The position numbers were made by a program, and so were the translations under genes. A stretch of DNA of 64,000 nt from Planctomycetota bacterium (lineage in GTDB: Bacteria > Planctomycetota > UBA1135 > UBA2386). Below the pieces are notes generated by a model that saw nothing but the letters and a program-made list of their open reading frames with translations, was not told where the DNA came from and did not search any database. The stretch is taken from contig CANMWZ010000009.1 in the NCBI GenBank assembly GCA_947501605.1, forward strand, positions 1 to 64,000, read 5' to 3'. Of this stretch, positions 9,501 to 18,886 are shown piece by piece (positions within the stretch are counted from its first letter, which is position 1; the number at the start of each line of letters is the position of its first letter).

Positions 9501-12382
9501 TCAAGGAGCAACTGCGTGCCGTGTGCCTCTGCGAGTTGCCCGACCTGGCGTCTGTGCGCGTGGCACTCGACCACGCCGTGTCGGTGCTCGACCTGCGTCG
9601 CCAGCTGGCAGCGGTCGATGCCGAGGCCAAGGCGGCCTTCGGCGATTCCTGGCAAGGAGCGGCCTCGGACTTCACGGCACTCCGCGCATCGTGTGCCAGA
9701 GCGTCTGCCGTTCACGCCGCGACCCGCGGACTCGTCGCCGACGACACCGATTTGGCGCGGGTGCGCGCTGCCTGTGTCGCCGCCGCTGGCAACAGTGGCG
9801 CGCGTGCCGCCATGCAGCAGGGAGCGGCGGCGCACGAGGCGCTGCGCTCGGCACTGATGGCATTGCAGGCGCCGCTGCAACTGTGCTTCGATCGCGCGTT
9901 CGGAACGGTTGCCGAGAAGGGCTTCCTCGACGCCGTGGCGGCTCGTCTCGCGAGCTTTCAGGGCAAGGCCTCCGAACTGCGCGACCAATGCGCCTTCCAG
10001 CGCGATGCGGTCGTGGTGCGCGAACTCGGGGACGCGGCGATGGTCGATGCACTCGAGTTGGATCGAGTGACCGCGACGGCGACGCTCACGCTGTTCGAAT
10101 GCTCGTTTGCGCATTCCTGGCTCGAACGCGAGGTGCAACGCGACCCGGTGTTGCAGCGATTTCGCAGCGAAGACCACGAACGACGGATTGCGAAGTTCCG
10201 CGCGCTCGATCGCGAATGGATCGAGGTGGGCGGTGAACTGGTACGCGCTCGGCTCGCCGCGAAACTGCCAAGGCTGCGCGCGACGAATGCCGGAACGAGC
10301 GAACTCGGGATCCTGCTACGCGAACTCAAGAAGCAGCGACGGCATCTGCCCGCTCGACAACTGTTCGCGGCCATCCCGACGCTACTGCCGCTGCTCGCGC
10401 CGTGTCTGTTGATGAGTCCGATGACGGTGGCGCAGGTGCTCGGACGTCGACTGCAGCCGTTTGACATCGTCGTGTTCGACGAAGCGTCGCAGGTGCCGAT
10501 GTGGGACGCGGTCGGAGCGATCAGTCGAGGCCGGTCGCTGGTGGTAGTGGGCGACGAGAAGCAGTTGCCGCCGACATCGTTCTTCGCGCGGATGGAGGAC
10601 GATCTGGATGCTCCGACCGACGGCGACAGCATCGACGAACTGGAGAGCGTGCTCGACGAGTGCCATGCCGCCGGCATGAACAAGCTGTACTTGCGCTGGC
10701 ATTACCGGAGCCGGCACGAGTCGCTCATTGCGTTCAGCAACCACCACTACTACGAGAATCGGCTGTTCACGTTTCCCGCCGCCGATCGCAGTGGCGCGGT
10801 CGGAGTGCAATTGCGTCTCGTCGACGGCGTCTATGGGCGATCGAAATCGAACGACAATCGCAAGGAAGCGGAAGCGCTGGTGGATGAGTTGGTCGCGCGG
10901 CTGCGCGATCCGATCGCGAGCGGGTCCAGTTACGGCGTTGTCACCTTCAGTCAGGCCCAACAGACGCTGGTCGAGGACCTGCTCGAACAGCAGCGCGTGC
11001 TCTATCCCGAGATCGAACGGCACTTCACCGGCGACGGCGAAGCGGTGTTCGTCAAGAACCTCGAGAACGTGCAGGGCGATGAACGCGATGTGATGCTGTT
11101 CTCGATTTGCTACGGCCCCGATGCTGCAGGCAAGGTCCACATGCAGTTCGGGCCACTCAATCTGAAGGGTGGCGAACGGCGCCTCAATGTCGCGATCACG
11201 CGCGCGCGGTCGCAGCTCCTGGTGTTCAGTTCGTTGCGTGCCGAGCAGATCGCGTTGCAGCGCACGCAGAGTCTGGGCGTCCGACACCTGCGCGCCTTCC
11301 TTGACTACGCCGCGCGCGGCGACCGTGCTCTGGTCGAAGCGGTGCAGGGAGAGCTCGGTGCGCCCGAGTCGCCGTTCGAACACGGCGTCATGGAGGCACT
11401 GCGCGCGCGTGGCCACGACGTGCACTGTCAGATCGGTTGCTCGGGCTATCGCATCGACCTCGCTATCGTCGATCCGCGCACCAAGGGGCGCTACCTCCTC
11501 GGTGTCGAGTGCGACGGCGCGAGCTACCACAGCGCCGCAACCGCGCGCGACCGCGATCGCCTGAGGCAATCCGTGCTGGAGCGCCTGGGCTGGCGCATGT
11601 TCCGCATTTGGTCCACGGATTGGTGGCTCGACGGAGAGGGCGAACTGCGGCGCTTCGATGCAGCGATCGCGGCGGCGCTGCGCGAACCGGTGCCCGTCAC
11701 GGCGACCGTCGTGGTCGCACCTCGAGCGACGACGGTGGCACACAACGACGTCGCGACCGCGGCAGTGAACGAGTCCGCGGTGCTGGCGGAACGGCAAGCT
11801 GAGCCATTGCCGGAAGTGGAGAGAGCGGCGAGAGCCGCGCCGCTGCTGCCGTCCTACATCGCCGCGACGTTGGCGCCGATGGGTGATGCCGACGCCTTCT
11901 ACGACCCGCGGAGCACGCCTGTTATTCGCGATCAGATGGCGCACGTGCTCGCCGTCGAGGCGCCGATTTGCTTGCCGTTGTTGGCCCGTCGCATTGCCGA
12001 AGCCTGGAACCTCGGGCGCGTGACGGCGCGCACCCACGATCGACTGCGGGCGGCGTTCGGCAACGCCGTGACCGAGGCCGAGGGTGCGCTGTGGCCGTCA
12101 GGAGTGGATCTCGCGACCTTCACCACGTTTCGTTCGAGCCCGGCCGGCGCCGCCGCGCGGGAAGCAGATGAACTGCCAGCCGTGGAGTTGCGCACGGCAA
12201 TGGCGTGGGTGCTGCAACAGCATGGATCGCTCGACGAAGCCGACTTGTTGCGGGAGACCGCCCGCCTGTTCGGGTTTGCTCGGCTTGGCAACGCGGTCAA
12301 GACGGTGATGGTCGCCGGACTCAGGGATCTCGAGCACCATGCCCTCGTGCGCCGCGAGGGTTCGTCGATCCGCCCGGCGTGA
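6515..12382 (+). CDS. DUF4011 - SF1 helicase - Vsr/MTES_1575-like nuclease - DUF3320 protein (Hhe-type defence protein)
   Basis: WQRRLLDLSLRNRLLNF (DUF4011), GPPGTGKSQTITN, FDEASQ, VGDEKQLPPT, HYRS, NVQGDERD, RRLNVAITRAR, ESPFE..YRIDLAI..ECDGASYH..GW..RIWSTDW, then DUF3320-like tail. Start at 6515 or 6533. Confidence 0.88.
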   Translation: MSDSANMRIECVHAAHLCYALVQGSHQVVNLLRIHNDGTAAVHAIEVHVSLSGGLAGELAAPCVMRVDTIAASAWHEFADVPLALRVDALANITERQVASLLIQVRSGDALLAREERSVALLAYNEWPGSSAPHALLASFVLPNHPAIAPVLSSAGARLMAATGSASLDAYQTRDPDRALAIVRAIYEAVLERGIVYVSPPASFESEGQKIRTPEQVLGDRLGTCLDLAVLIAAAIEQSGLHALVVIEEGHAICGAFLRDENFAEAAMADPLPLRKRVELGRAVLFECTTVCIGEAQAFGRAVELGAGSVHQDAAFVCVIDVTRARRQGIRPLASRTSAFQGDSEGAMAAVPADAVAMAPIDVGPVAARRDEQAVRDRLGEWQRRLLDLSLRNRLLNFVPTKRSVALQTSSLGDLVKALSSGAQFRVAPRAELPLVQAAKAEPTTLELDQAMAKLLRDELAQSRLHADLTKAELDLRLIELFRHARVGNEESGVNTLFLAAGFLRWYETPTSKEPRLAPLLLLPLRLERISIAEGFVLVLSDEEPRLNETLVQKLEQDFGVRLPELGELEGEDGVRTEAVVAAFRRAIVDIDRWEVEATAQVGIFSFAKFLMWADLKERRDLVLQHEFLRHLIETPNRVFAHDGSPWPTPAAIDAKPPHELLCPMDADSSQLCAVIAAADGRSFVLEGPPGTGKSQTITNLIAQSLADGKRVLFVAEKRAALEVVQRRLKSVGLAPFCLELHADKGQKRTVVEQLGRTLEITEQCEPHQWQEKATALQAVRDELNGLVAAVHRVRGAGFSAFDAAARAVAKCEFAKVEGLRLDVDAAGLQRRRDAIAALAAAADKLGGLRAHPWFGVQRTDWSPSLASAATALGQVVTAAIEPARAAYEVAARTLALPPGPASGGREELDTLARVMGLLATGPLPLLLCSSQDFAAAHSRALHCVELGDSAARAAAALAGEWRPEFLALDHAALMVAILRNEHAFALLRWWRLRAVKEQLRAVCLCELPDLASVRVALDHAVSVLDLRRQLAAVDAEAKAAFGDSWQGAASDFTALRASCARASAVHAATRGLVADDTDLARVRAACVAAAGNSGARAAMQQGAAAHEALRSALMALQAPLQLCFDRAFGTVAEKGFLDAVAARLASFQGKASELRDQCAFQRDAVVVRELGDAAMVDALELDRVTATATLTLFECSFAHSWLEREVQRDPVLQRFRSEDHERRIAKFRALDREWIEVGGELVRARLAAKLPRLRATNAGTSELGILLRELKKQRRHLPARQLFAAIPTLLPLLAPCLLMSPMTVAQVLGRRLQPFDIVVFDEASQVPMWDAVGAISRGRSLVVVGDEKQLPPTSFFARMEDDLDAPTDGDSIDELESVLDECHAAGMNKLYLRWHYRSRHESLIAFSNHHYYENRLFTFPAADRSGAVGVQLRLVDGVYGRSKSNDNRKEAEALVDELVARLRDPIASGSSYGVVTFSQAQQTLVEDLLEQQRVLYPEIERHFTGDGEAVFVKNLENVQGDERDVMLFSICYGPDAAGKVHMQFGPLNLKGGERRLNVAITRARSQLLVFSSLRAEQIALQRTQSLGVRHLRAFLDYAARGDRALVEAVQGELGAPESPFEHGVMEALRARGHDVHCQIGCSGYRIDLAIVDPRTKGRYLLGVECDGASYHSAATARDRDRLRQSVLERLGWRMFRIWSTDWWLDGEGELRRFDAAIAAALREPVPVTATVVVAPRATTVAHNDVATAAVNESAVLAERQAEPLPEVERAARAAPLLPSYIAATLAPMGDADAFYDPRSTPVIRDQMAHVLAVEAPICLPLLARRIAEAWNLGRVTARTHDRLRAAFGNAVTEAEGALWPSGVDLATFTTFRSSPAGAAAREADELPAVELRTAMAWVLQQHGSLDEADLLRETARLFGFARLGNAVKTVMVAGLRDLEHHALVRREGSSIRPA

Positions 12383-12498
12383 CGCGTAGGCGGGTGGCGT
12401 GGTCCCGAAGCGGGACGCTCGCATCGGTCTCTGCGCTACCTGGCCGACCGGCGGGTCGGGCGAGAGATACGCTACCTCGTTCTTCCCCCTCGGAAGCT

Positions 12499-14997
12499 GT
12501 GCTCGCATCTCGTCCCCTTCTACGTCTCAGCTGGCTCCCCCTCGCCTGGTCGCTCGTCGTCGCGTCTGCCTCTGGTCAAACACCACTGGCAGACGCGACG
12601 ACCACGTGCCAAGTCGGCGATGCCGTAGTGTGTTGGTCAGCCACGCGCGCCGAAGTCCATCGCCCGTTGCGGCCGCCGTTCGTGCTACCCAACGTCGACG
12701 GCATGCTGCACCTGCGAAGCGGCACGATGGACCCGGTCGCTGAGGAGCCCGCCGTGCCGTCCACCTTGCGCGAAGGCTCGAGCACTGGGCTGTTCGCCGT
12801 GCAGTTCCATACTGCGGTGCTGCCCGAGTACCTCGCGGCGCTCGACGCTCTCGGTCTGCGCATCGTCGGCTTCTGGCCGAGCAGTGCGCTGGTCGTACGC
12901 GGCGCGGCCAGTGCGATCGAGCAGGTGAGACTGCAGCCGTACGTGCGCTGGGTCGGTCGGGTGGCGTCGAGGCACAAGCTCGAGCCGGCGCTGCAGGCGC
13001 TGCAGGTCGGCCGCTTCGTGCCGCAGACGGCGACCGTGGACTGCAACGTGGTGTTGACCAGCAAGAGCGATCGGACCACCGTGGTGCGGGCGATCGAGGA
13101 CCTCGGGGGCATCGTGACCAGGGGCAACGCGGGGTCGATCTACCTGGAAGCGAGATTGTCGACCGAGCAACTCGCGACGCTCGCCGCGCGCGATGAGGTC
13201 GTGTGGATCGATCGCTCGACGGCGATCGAATCCGACATGCACACGGCGCGAATCCAAGGGGGCGCCAACACGATCGAGTTCGGCGCCGGCATCACCGGCA
13301 ACGGCGTGCGCGCGCAGATCCTCGAAGGGCTGCAACAGACGCATCGCGACTGGACGCGGCCGGTACTCGTGCAGTTCGACAGCCAAGAGGCGCACGGGCA
13401 CTGCACGGCGATGATCGTTGGTGGCAATGGGGCCATGAACACCAATGCTCGCGGGCTCCTACCGGACGCTCAGATCATCGAATCGTCGGTGTTCGCCTGG
13501 GGCGCCAATTCGCGCTATCAGGTCACCGCGGCGGCAGTCAATCCCGCCTTGCCGTGGCAGGTGATGCAGGCAACCGCGAGCTGGGGCAATACCGCGACGC
13601 TCGACTACAACTCGGTTTCGGCCGAGCTCGACGACGTGCTCTTCGACCTCGACCTGGCGACGACCCAGAGTCAGTCGAACGTCGGCACGCAGTTGTCGCG
13701 CCCGCAGGCCTGGGCCAAGAACGTGATCTCCGTCGGCGGCATCTGGCACCATGGCACTGCAGAGACCGCTGACGACCACTGGTTTTCCCAGCCGACTCCG
13801 CCAGCGAGCATCGGGCCGGCGAGCGATGGTCGCATCAAGCCCGACCTGTGCGCCTACTACGACGATGTGACCTGCGGCGACCTGATGGGGGCCTTGGGTT
13901 ACTCGACGACGGATTACGTGACGTCCTTTGGCGGTACTTCGGGCGCAACGCCGATCGTCAACGGGTTCTTGGGCTTGGCGCAGCAGCTCTTCACCGATGG
14001 GGCCTTCGGGAATGCGTTGCCGCTGGCGGCGACGGCTGCCAATCGCTTCGCCAACAAGCCGCACATGACCACGGCGAAGGCGATGTTGTGCTCGACGGCG
14101 GCGAGCTATGCGTTCAGCGGCACCGCGCATGACCTGACGCGCACGCATCAGGGCTGGGGCTTTCCGGCCGTCGACCGCTTGTGGCAGAACCGTCAGCGGC
14201 TGTTGGTGGTGGACGAGACCGAGCTGCTGCAGCAGGGCGAGTCGCGGACCTACTACGTCTATGTGGCACCAGGGACGCCGGAGCTTCGCGCCACCATGAC
14301 GTGGGCCGATCCGCCGGCTCTGCCCAACGCCACGATCCACCGCGTCAACAACCTCGACTTGCAGGTGCGCTACTTCCACGACGGCCGCACTTGGTGGGGT
14401 AACAACGGCCTCGATGTCGGCAACCAGAGCACCTCTGGCGGCATTGCCAATGACCGCGACACGCTCGAACAGGTGTGGCTGCAGAGCCCCGATTCCGGCA
14501 TCTACACGATCACCGTGTCGGCGCCGTCGCTGGTGCAGGACGGTCACGTCGAGACGCCGCAGATCGATGCCGACTATGCCTTGGTCTTGCACCCGATGGG
14601 CGGTGGCTACCGCGCACCATCGACGACGGCGGTCACGCTGAGTTCGAACGGACCCGGCGACTTGCGCCTACAGCCGAGCGGCGTGCCTGCGACCGGCTGG
14701 GTCGAGGGCTTCACGTTCGCATCGATGTCGACCGTGCGCCCGCCTGGGTTCGGCAACTTCTTTGGTGTCGAGTACGACGACTTCACCAACGCGAGTCTGA
14801 GTATTCCGGCGATGGTCGGCGACCCGTTCCACTTCGTGAACGCCGGCGGCGCGGCCTATCCGTTCGCGCCGTGGGTGGTGCCGGCGCCGGTTGCGCTGTC
14901 GCTGCGCGGGGTGCAGTTCGACCTGATGCTGATGCTGTTCGATGCGCAGGGTCGCATTGCAACCGTGTCCCGCGTCACGCGTGCGACCGTGCCCTAG
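12499..14997 (+). CDS. Secreted S8 (subtilisin-like) serine peptidase with prodomain and C-terminal extension
   Basis: Signal peptide, HGHCTA, AKNVISVG, GPASDGRIKPD, GGTSGATP, QGWG, TMTWADP..VNNLDL. GTG start inferred. Confidence 0.85.
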   Translation: MLASRPLLRLSWLPLAWSLVVASASGQTPLADATTTCQVGDAVVCWSATRAEVHRPLRPPFVLPNVDGMLHLRSGTMDPVAEEPAVPSTLREGSSTGLFAVQFHTAVLPEYLAALDALGLRIVGFWPSSALVVRGAASAIEQVRLQPYVRWVGRVASRHKLEPALQALQVGRFVPQTATVDCNVVLTSKSDRTTVVRAIEDLGGIVTRGNAGSIYLEARLSTEQLATLAARDEVVWIDRSTAIESDMHTARIQGGANTIEFGAGITGNGVRAQILEGLQQTHRDWTRPVLVQFDSQEAHGHCTAMIVGGNGAMNTNARGLLPDAQIIESSVFAWGANSRYQVTAAAVNPALPWQVMQATASWGNTATLDYNSVSAELDDVLFDLDLATTQSQSNVGTQLSRPQAWAKNVISVGGIWHHGTAETADDHWFSQPTPPASIGPASDGRIKPDLCAYYDDVTCGDLMGALGYSTTDYVTSFGGTSGATPIVNGFLGLAQQLFTDGAFGNALPLAATAANRFANKPHMTTAKAMLCSTAASYAFSGTAHDLTRTHQGWGFPAVDRLWQNRQRLLVVDETELLQQGESRTYYVYVAPGTPELRATMTWADPPALPNATIHRVNNLDLQVRYFHDGRTWWGNNGLDVGNQSTSGGIANDRDTLEQVWLQSPDSGIYTITVSAPSLVQDGHVETPQIDADYALVLHPMGGGYRAPSTTAVTLSSNGPGDLRLQPSGVPATGWVEGFTFASMSTVRPPGFGNFFGVEYDDFTNASLSIPAMVGDPFHFVNAGGAAYPFAPWVVPAPVALSLRGVQFDLMLMLFDAQGRIATVSRVTRATVP

Positions 14998-15049
14998 CAG
15001 CACTGTGCCCTAGCAGCACTGTGCCCTAGCAGCACTGTGCCCTAGCAGC
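14989..15049. repeat. Tandem repeat, 16-bp unit GTGCCCTAGCAGCACT x3.8, first unit contains the S8 stop codon
   Basis: Read directly from sequence. Confidence 0.95.
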
Positions 15050-15217
15050 CTGTTGCAGTGCGCATCCTGCCTGCTTGCGCGGCAGCTTGTCCGATCTCTG
15101 CGTCGCACGAACTGCGTCGGATCAGCAGGTGCGACTCCGTTCGCGCTGCTTGATCGGAAGCCAGCCCCCGAGCCCTCGGCGACGGAGCCGTTGTTCCACA
15201 AGGGGCTAGCCGCGGGT

Positions 15218-16462
15218 TCACGGCAAACGGAACTCTTCGCACAGTGCCGCTACCGTCTTGCGATGCCGTTCGGGATCCTCGCCGCGAACGAGCCCGAGGA
15301 TCACGTCGCCGAGCTTCAGCATCTCGGCGCGCCCCATCCCGCGCGTCGTCGCCGCCGGAGTGCCAAGGCGCAGGCCCGACGTGACCATCGGCGGCAGCGG
15401 GTCGTTCGGCACCGCATTCTTGTTGACCGATAGCCCCGCGACCAGCGCTCGCTCTTCGATCGCCGCGCCGGTCACCCCGCTCTTGCGCAGGTCGACCAGC
15501 ACGATGTGGCTGTCGGTTCCACCGGTGACGATGTCGAGGCCGTGCTCGCGCAGGTGTTGCGCCAGCGTCGCCGCGTTGTCGCGCACCCGGATCTGGTAGT
15601 CGCGGAAGGACGGCTGCAGCGCTTCGCCAAACGCCACGGCCTTGCCGGCGATCTGGTGCATCAACGGGCCGCCCTGCGCGCCGGGGAAGACCGCGGACTG
15701 GATCTGCTTCTGCGTGTCTTTCGTTCCGAGGATCATGCCGCCGCGAGGGCCGCGCAGCGTCTTGTGCGTGGTCATAGTCACGACGTCGGCGACGCCGACC
15801 GGGGACGGCATGACGCCGGCTGCGATCAGTCCCGCCGGGTGCGCGATATCAGCCATCAGCCTGGCTCCGACCTCCTTGGCGATCGCAGCAAAAGCGGCGT
15901 AGTCGATCGCGCGCGGGTAGCTGCTGCCACCGGCGATGATGACATGCGGCTGGTGTTCCTTGGCCAGACTGCGAACCTCGTCGAGGTCGATGAGGCCGTC
16001 CCCAGCACGCACGCCGTACTGGTGGACCGCGAACAGCATGCCGCTGTGACTCTTGCTGTGGCCATGGGTCAGGTGGCCGCCGGCCTTGAGCGCCATGCCG
16101 AGAATCCTGCCGTTGGGGCCGGCCAGTGCCACCATCGCGGCGAGGTTGGCGGTCGACCCCGAGTGCGGCTGGACGTTGGCATCGGTAGCCGCGAACAGCT
16201 TCATGGCGCGGGCGCGGGCCAACTCCTCGATCGCATCCGCCACTTCGCAGCCACCGTAGTAGCGCCGGCTCGGGTAGCCCTCGGCGTACTTGTCGGTGAT
16301 CCGGCTGCTGCAAGCCTCGCGAACGGCGCTGGAGCAGTGGTTCTCCGAGGCGATCAGCGTCAGCGTCGAAGACTGGCGGGTGTCTTCACGAAGTAGCCAA
16401 TCGGCGACTTCGGGGTCCTGTTCGCGCAGAGAACGGTGCTTCTTGTCGGCGTTGCTGCTCAC
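15218..16462 (-). CDS. glyA: Serine hydroxymethyltransferase
   Basis: LIASEN, KYAEGYP.RRYYGGCE, NVQPHSG, GGHLTHG, TTHKTLRGPRGG, SGLRLGTPA. Confidence 0.97.
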   Translation of the reverse strand: MSSNADKKHRSLREQDPEVADWLLREDTRQSSTLTLIASENHCSSAVREACSSRITDKYAEGYPSRRYYGGCEVADAIEELARARAMKLFAATDANVQPHSGSTANLAAMVALAGPNGRILGMALKAGGHLTHGHSKSHSGMLFAVHQYGVRAGDGLIDLDEVRSLAKEHQPHVIIAGGSSYPRAIDYAAFAAIAKEVGARLMADIAHPAGLIAAGVMPSPVGVADVVTMTTHKTLRGPRGGMILGTKDTQKQIQSAVFPGAQGGPLMHQIAGKAVAFGEALQPSFRDYQIRVRDNAATLAQHLREHGLDIVTGGTDSHIVLVDLRKSGVTGAAIEERALVAGLSVNKNAVPNDPLPPMVTSGLRLGTPAATTRGMGRAEMLKLGDVILGLVRGEDPERHRKTVAALCEEFRLP

Positions 16463-16790
16463 CTCGGCACCTTAGCAACCTCCGGACGAAGGTCCAATGG
16501 TCCGATGGCTTGGTGTCGCATTGGGCGCCGCCAAGGTCCAAGCGGAAACCGCTGATTGGAGGCTGAAGTCCGCGAGTTAGGGTACCGCAGCACTCGCGCG
16601 CTGGCGGTGCGCCGCTACGTGCCCCGGCGCTCGCGACGGCTCGCAGCCGAAAACGAGTTCTCGACCCCCTGTCAATCCACGGTGGTTGGTGTTCAATCCG
16701 CACGCTCGGCCGCGCGCACCCTTGCGGATTCTGCTCCGCAGCGCCCGGCGCCTCTCTCGATCGCTGCGCCCACCGCAGGAGCTGCCACCG

Positions 16791-18794
16791 TTGAGCCTTC
16801 CGCCGAATGAACTTAGAGCCTGGACGATTCGCGACAGCGCCGAGCTCTACCAGATCTCGGCATGGGGTGGCGGTTGGTTTGGCATCAACGACCGCGGCGA
16901 GTTGATGGTGCAACCGCTGGGCCCCAATGGGCCCAAGTTCTCCCTGCCAGAAGTGGTCGAGGATCTGCGCAACCGCGACATCGAGTTGCCGATCCTGCTG
17001 CGCGTCTCCGACATCCTCCAGCTGCGCGTTGCCGCCTTGGCGGGTACGTTCAAGAAGGCGATCGAGGAATGCAGCTACCGCGGACGCTACCGCCCGGTGT
17101 TTCCGATCAAGGTCAATCAGCAGCGCGACGTCGTCGAGGAGCTGGTCGAGTTCGGTCGCGAGCACTCGCTGGGTCTAGAGGCAGGTAGCAAGCCAGAGTT
17201 GCTGGTCGTGCTGGCGCACATGACCAACCCGGATGGGCTGGTCATCTGCAACGGCTACAAGGACACGAAGTACATCGAGACCGCATTGCTCGCCCAGAAG
17301 ATGGGCCTGCACTGCATCATCGTCATCGACCGCTACGAGGAGCTCGAACTGGTCCTCAAAGTCAGCAAGCGGCTCGAAATGCGCCCGCACATCGGCGTGC
17401 GCGCCAAGCTGGCGAGCCGCGGTGCTGGCAAGTGGCAGGAGTCGGGCGGAGAGAAGTCGAAGTTTGGCCTGACCGCCGGCGAGATCGTGATGGTCGCGGA
17501 CCGCTTGCGCCAGCTCGGCATGCTCGACTGCCTCGAGTTGCTGCACTTCCACATTGGCAGCCAGATCACGGCGATCCGCGCGATCAAGGACGCCCTGAAA
17601 GAGTCGACGCGCATCTACACCGAACTGCACGACCTCGGCGCCGGCCTCAAGTTCATCGACGTCGGCGGCGGTCTGGCGGTGGACTACGATGGCTCGCAGA
17701 CCAACTTCCACAGTTCGGCGAACTACTCGGTCCAGGAGTACGCCAACGACGTCGTGTTTGCGATGCAGCAGGCGTGCGACGAGAAGGGCATCGCGCACCC
17801 CGACATCATCAGCGAATCGGGCCGAGCCCTCACTGCGCACCACGCGATTCTCGTTTTCGACGTGTTGGGCGTCAGCCAGATGCGCGTCGACGTGCCAGAA
17901 GGCGCGGATCGCCACGAAGACGGCACCATCGCCAACATGGTGCAGATTCTGCGCGACCTGTCGCAGAAGAACTTCCAGGAGAGCTATCACGACGCACTCC
18001 AACTGAAGGAAGAGGCCATCAGCCTGTTCAATCTCGGCTACCTCGACCTCAAGGGGCGGGCGATGGCGGAGAACCTGTTCTGGGTGGTCTGCGACCGCAT
18101 TCGCAGCATTGTCCACACGCTGGACTACGTGCCCGAGGAACTCAGCGGCCTCGAGCGCGCGCTGGCGGACACCTACTTCTGCAACTTCTCGGTGTTCCAG
18201 TCGGCGCCCGACCACTGGGCCGTGAAGCAGCTGTTTCCGACGATGCCGATCCATCGGCTCAACGAACGGCCGACGCGACGCGCAATCCTCGCCGACCTCA
18301 CCTGCGACAGCGACGGCAAGGTCGATCGCTTCATCGATCTGCGCGACGTGAAGAGCGTGCTCGAGGTGCATCAGGTTCAGCCTGGGCGGCCGTACTACCT
18401 CGCGATGTTCATGGTCGGCGCGTACCAGGAGATCCTGGGCGATCTGCACAATCTGTTCGGTGACACCAACGCCGTGCACCTGTCGATGGACGAGGAGCAC
18501 GGCTATCGCGTCGAGCGCGTCATCGAGGGCGACTCGGTTGCCGAGGTGTTGACCTACGTGCAATACGACAAGCAAGAGCTCATTCGCCGCATACGGAGCC
18601 GCCTCGAGATCGCCGTGCGGACGGGCCAGATCAATGTCAAGGAGTCCGGCCTGTTGATGAAGCGCTACGAAGAAGGCCTCTCGGCCTACACGTACTTGGC
18701 CGACGATAGCGAGGATGCCGTCGAGTTGTCACCGGTGCAGAGTGGCGTCGAGCGCCTGCCGAGCGAGCCCAGCCAGACAACGCCGTTGCCCTGA
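16791..18794 (+). CDS. speA: Biosynthetic arginine decarboxylase
   Basis: FPIKVNQ, GLEAGSKPEL, CNGYKD, HFHIGSQI, DVGGGL, ESGRA, NFSVFQS.PD.W, DLTCDSDG, GAYQEILG..HNLFG. TTG start after AGGAG inferred. Confidence 0.95.
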   Translation: MSLPPNELRAWTIRDSAELYQISAWGGGWFGINDRGELMVQPLGPNGPKFSLPEVVEDLRNRDIELPILLRVSDILQLRVAALAGTFKKAIEECSYRGRYRPVFPIKVNQQRDVVEELVEFGREHSLGLEAGSKPELLVVLAHMTNPDGLVICNGYKDTKYIETALLAQKMGLHCIIVIDRYEELELVLKVSKRLEMRPHIGVRAKLASRGAGKWQESGGEKSKFGLTAGEIVMVADRLRQLGMLDCLELLHFHIGSQITAIRAIKDALKESTRIYTELHDLGAGLKFIDVGGGLAVDYDGSQTNFHSSANYSVQEYANDVVFAMQQACDEKGIAHPDIISESGRALTAHHAILVFDVLGVSQMRVDVPEGADRHEDGTIANMVQILRDLSQKNFQESYHDALQLKEEAISLFNLGYLDLKGRAMAENLFWVVCDRIRSIVHTLDYVPEELSGLERALADTYFCNFSVFQSAPDHWAVKQLFPTMPIHRLNERPTRRAILADLTCDSDGKVDRFIDLRDVKSVLEVHQVQPGRPYYLAMFMVGAYQEILGDLHNLFGDTNAVHLSMDEEHGYRVERVIEGDSVAEVLTYVQYDKQELIRRIRSRLEIAVRTGQINVKESGLLMKRYEEGLSAYTYLADDSEDAVELSPVQSGVERLPSEPSQTTPLP

Positions 18795-18886
18795 ATCTCC
18801 GAGCCCGGTCGCACGGTGCGCGGTCCCGCGCCCAGGCGTCAGTTCATGAATATTGTCCGCCCGAGAATCTAGGAGTCCGTCCCGTG

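Noticed and set aside
14989..15049. Mini CRISPR array
   Set aside because: 16-bp units are directly adjacent with no spacers, and there are no cas genes.
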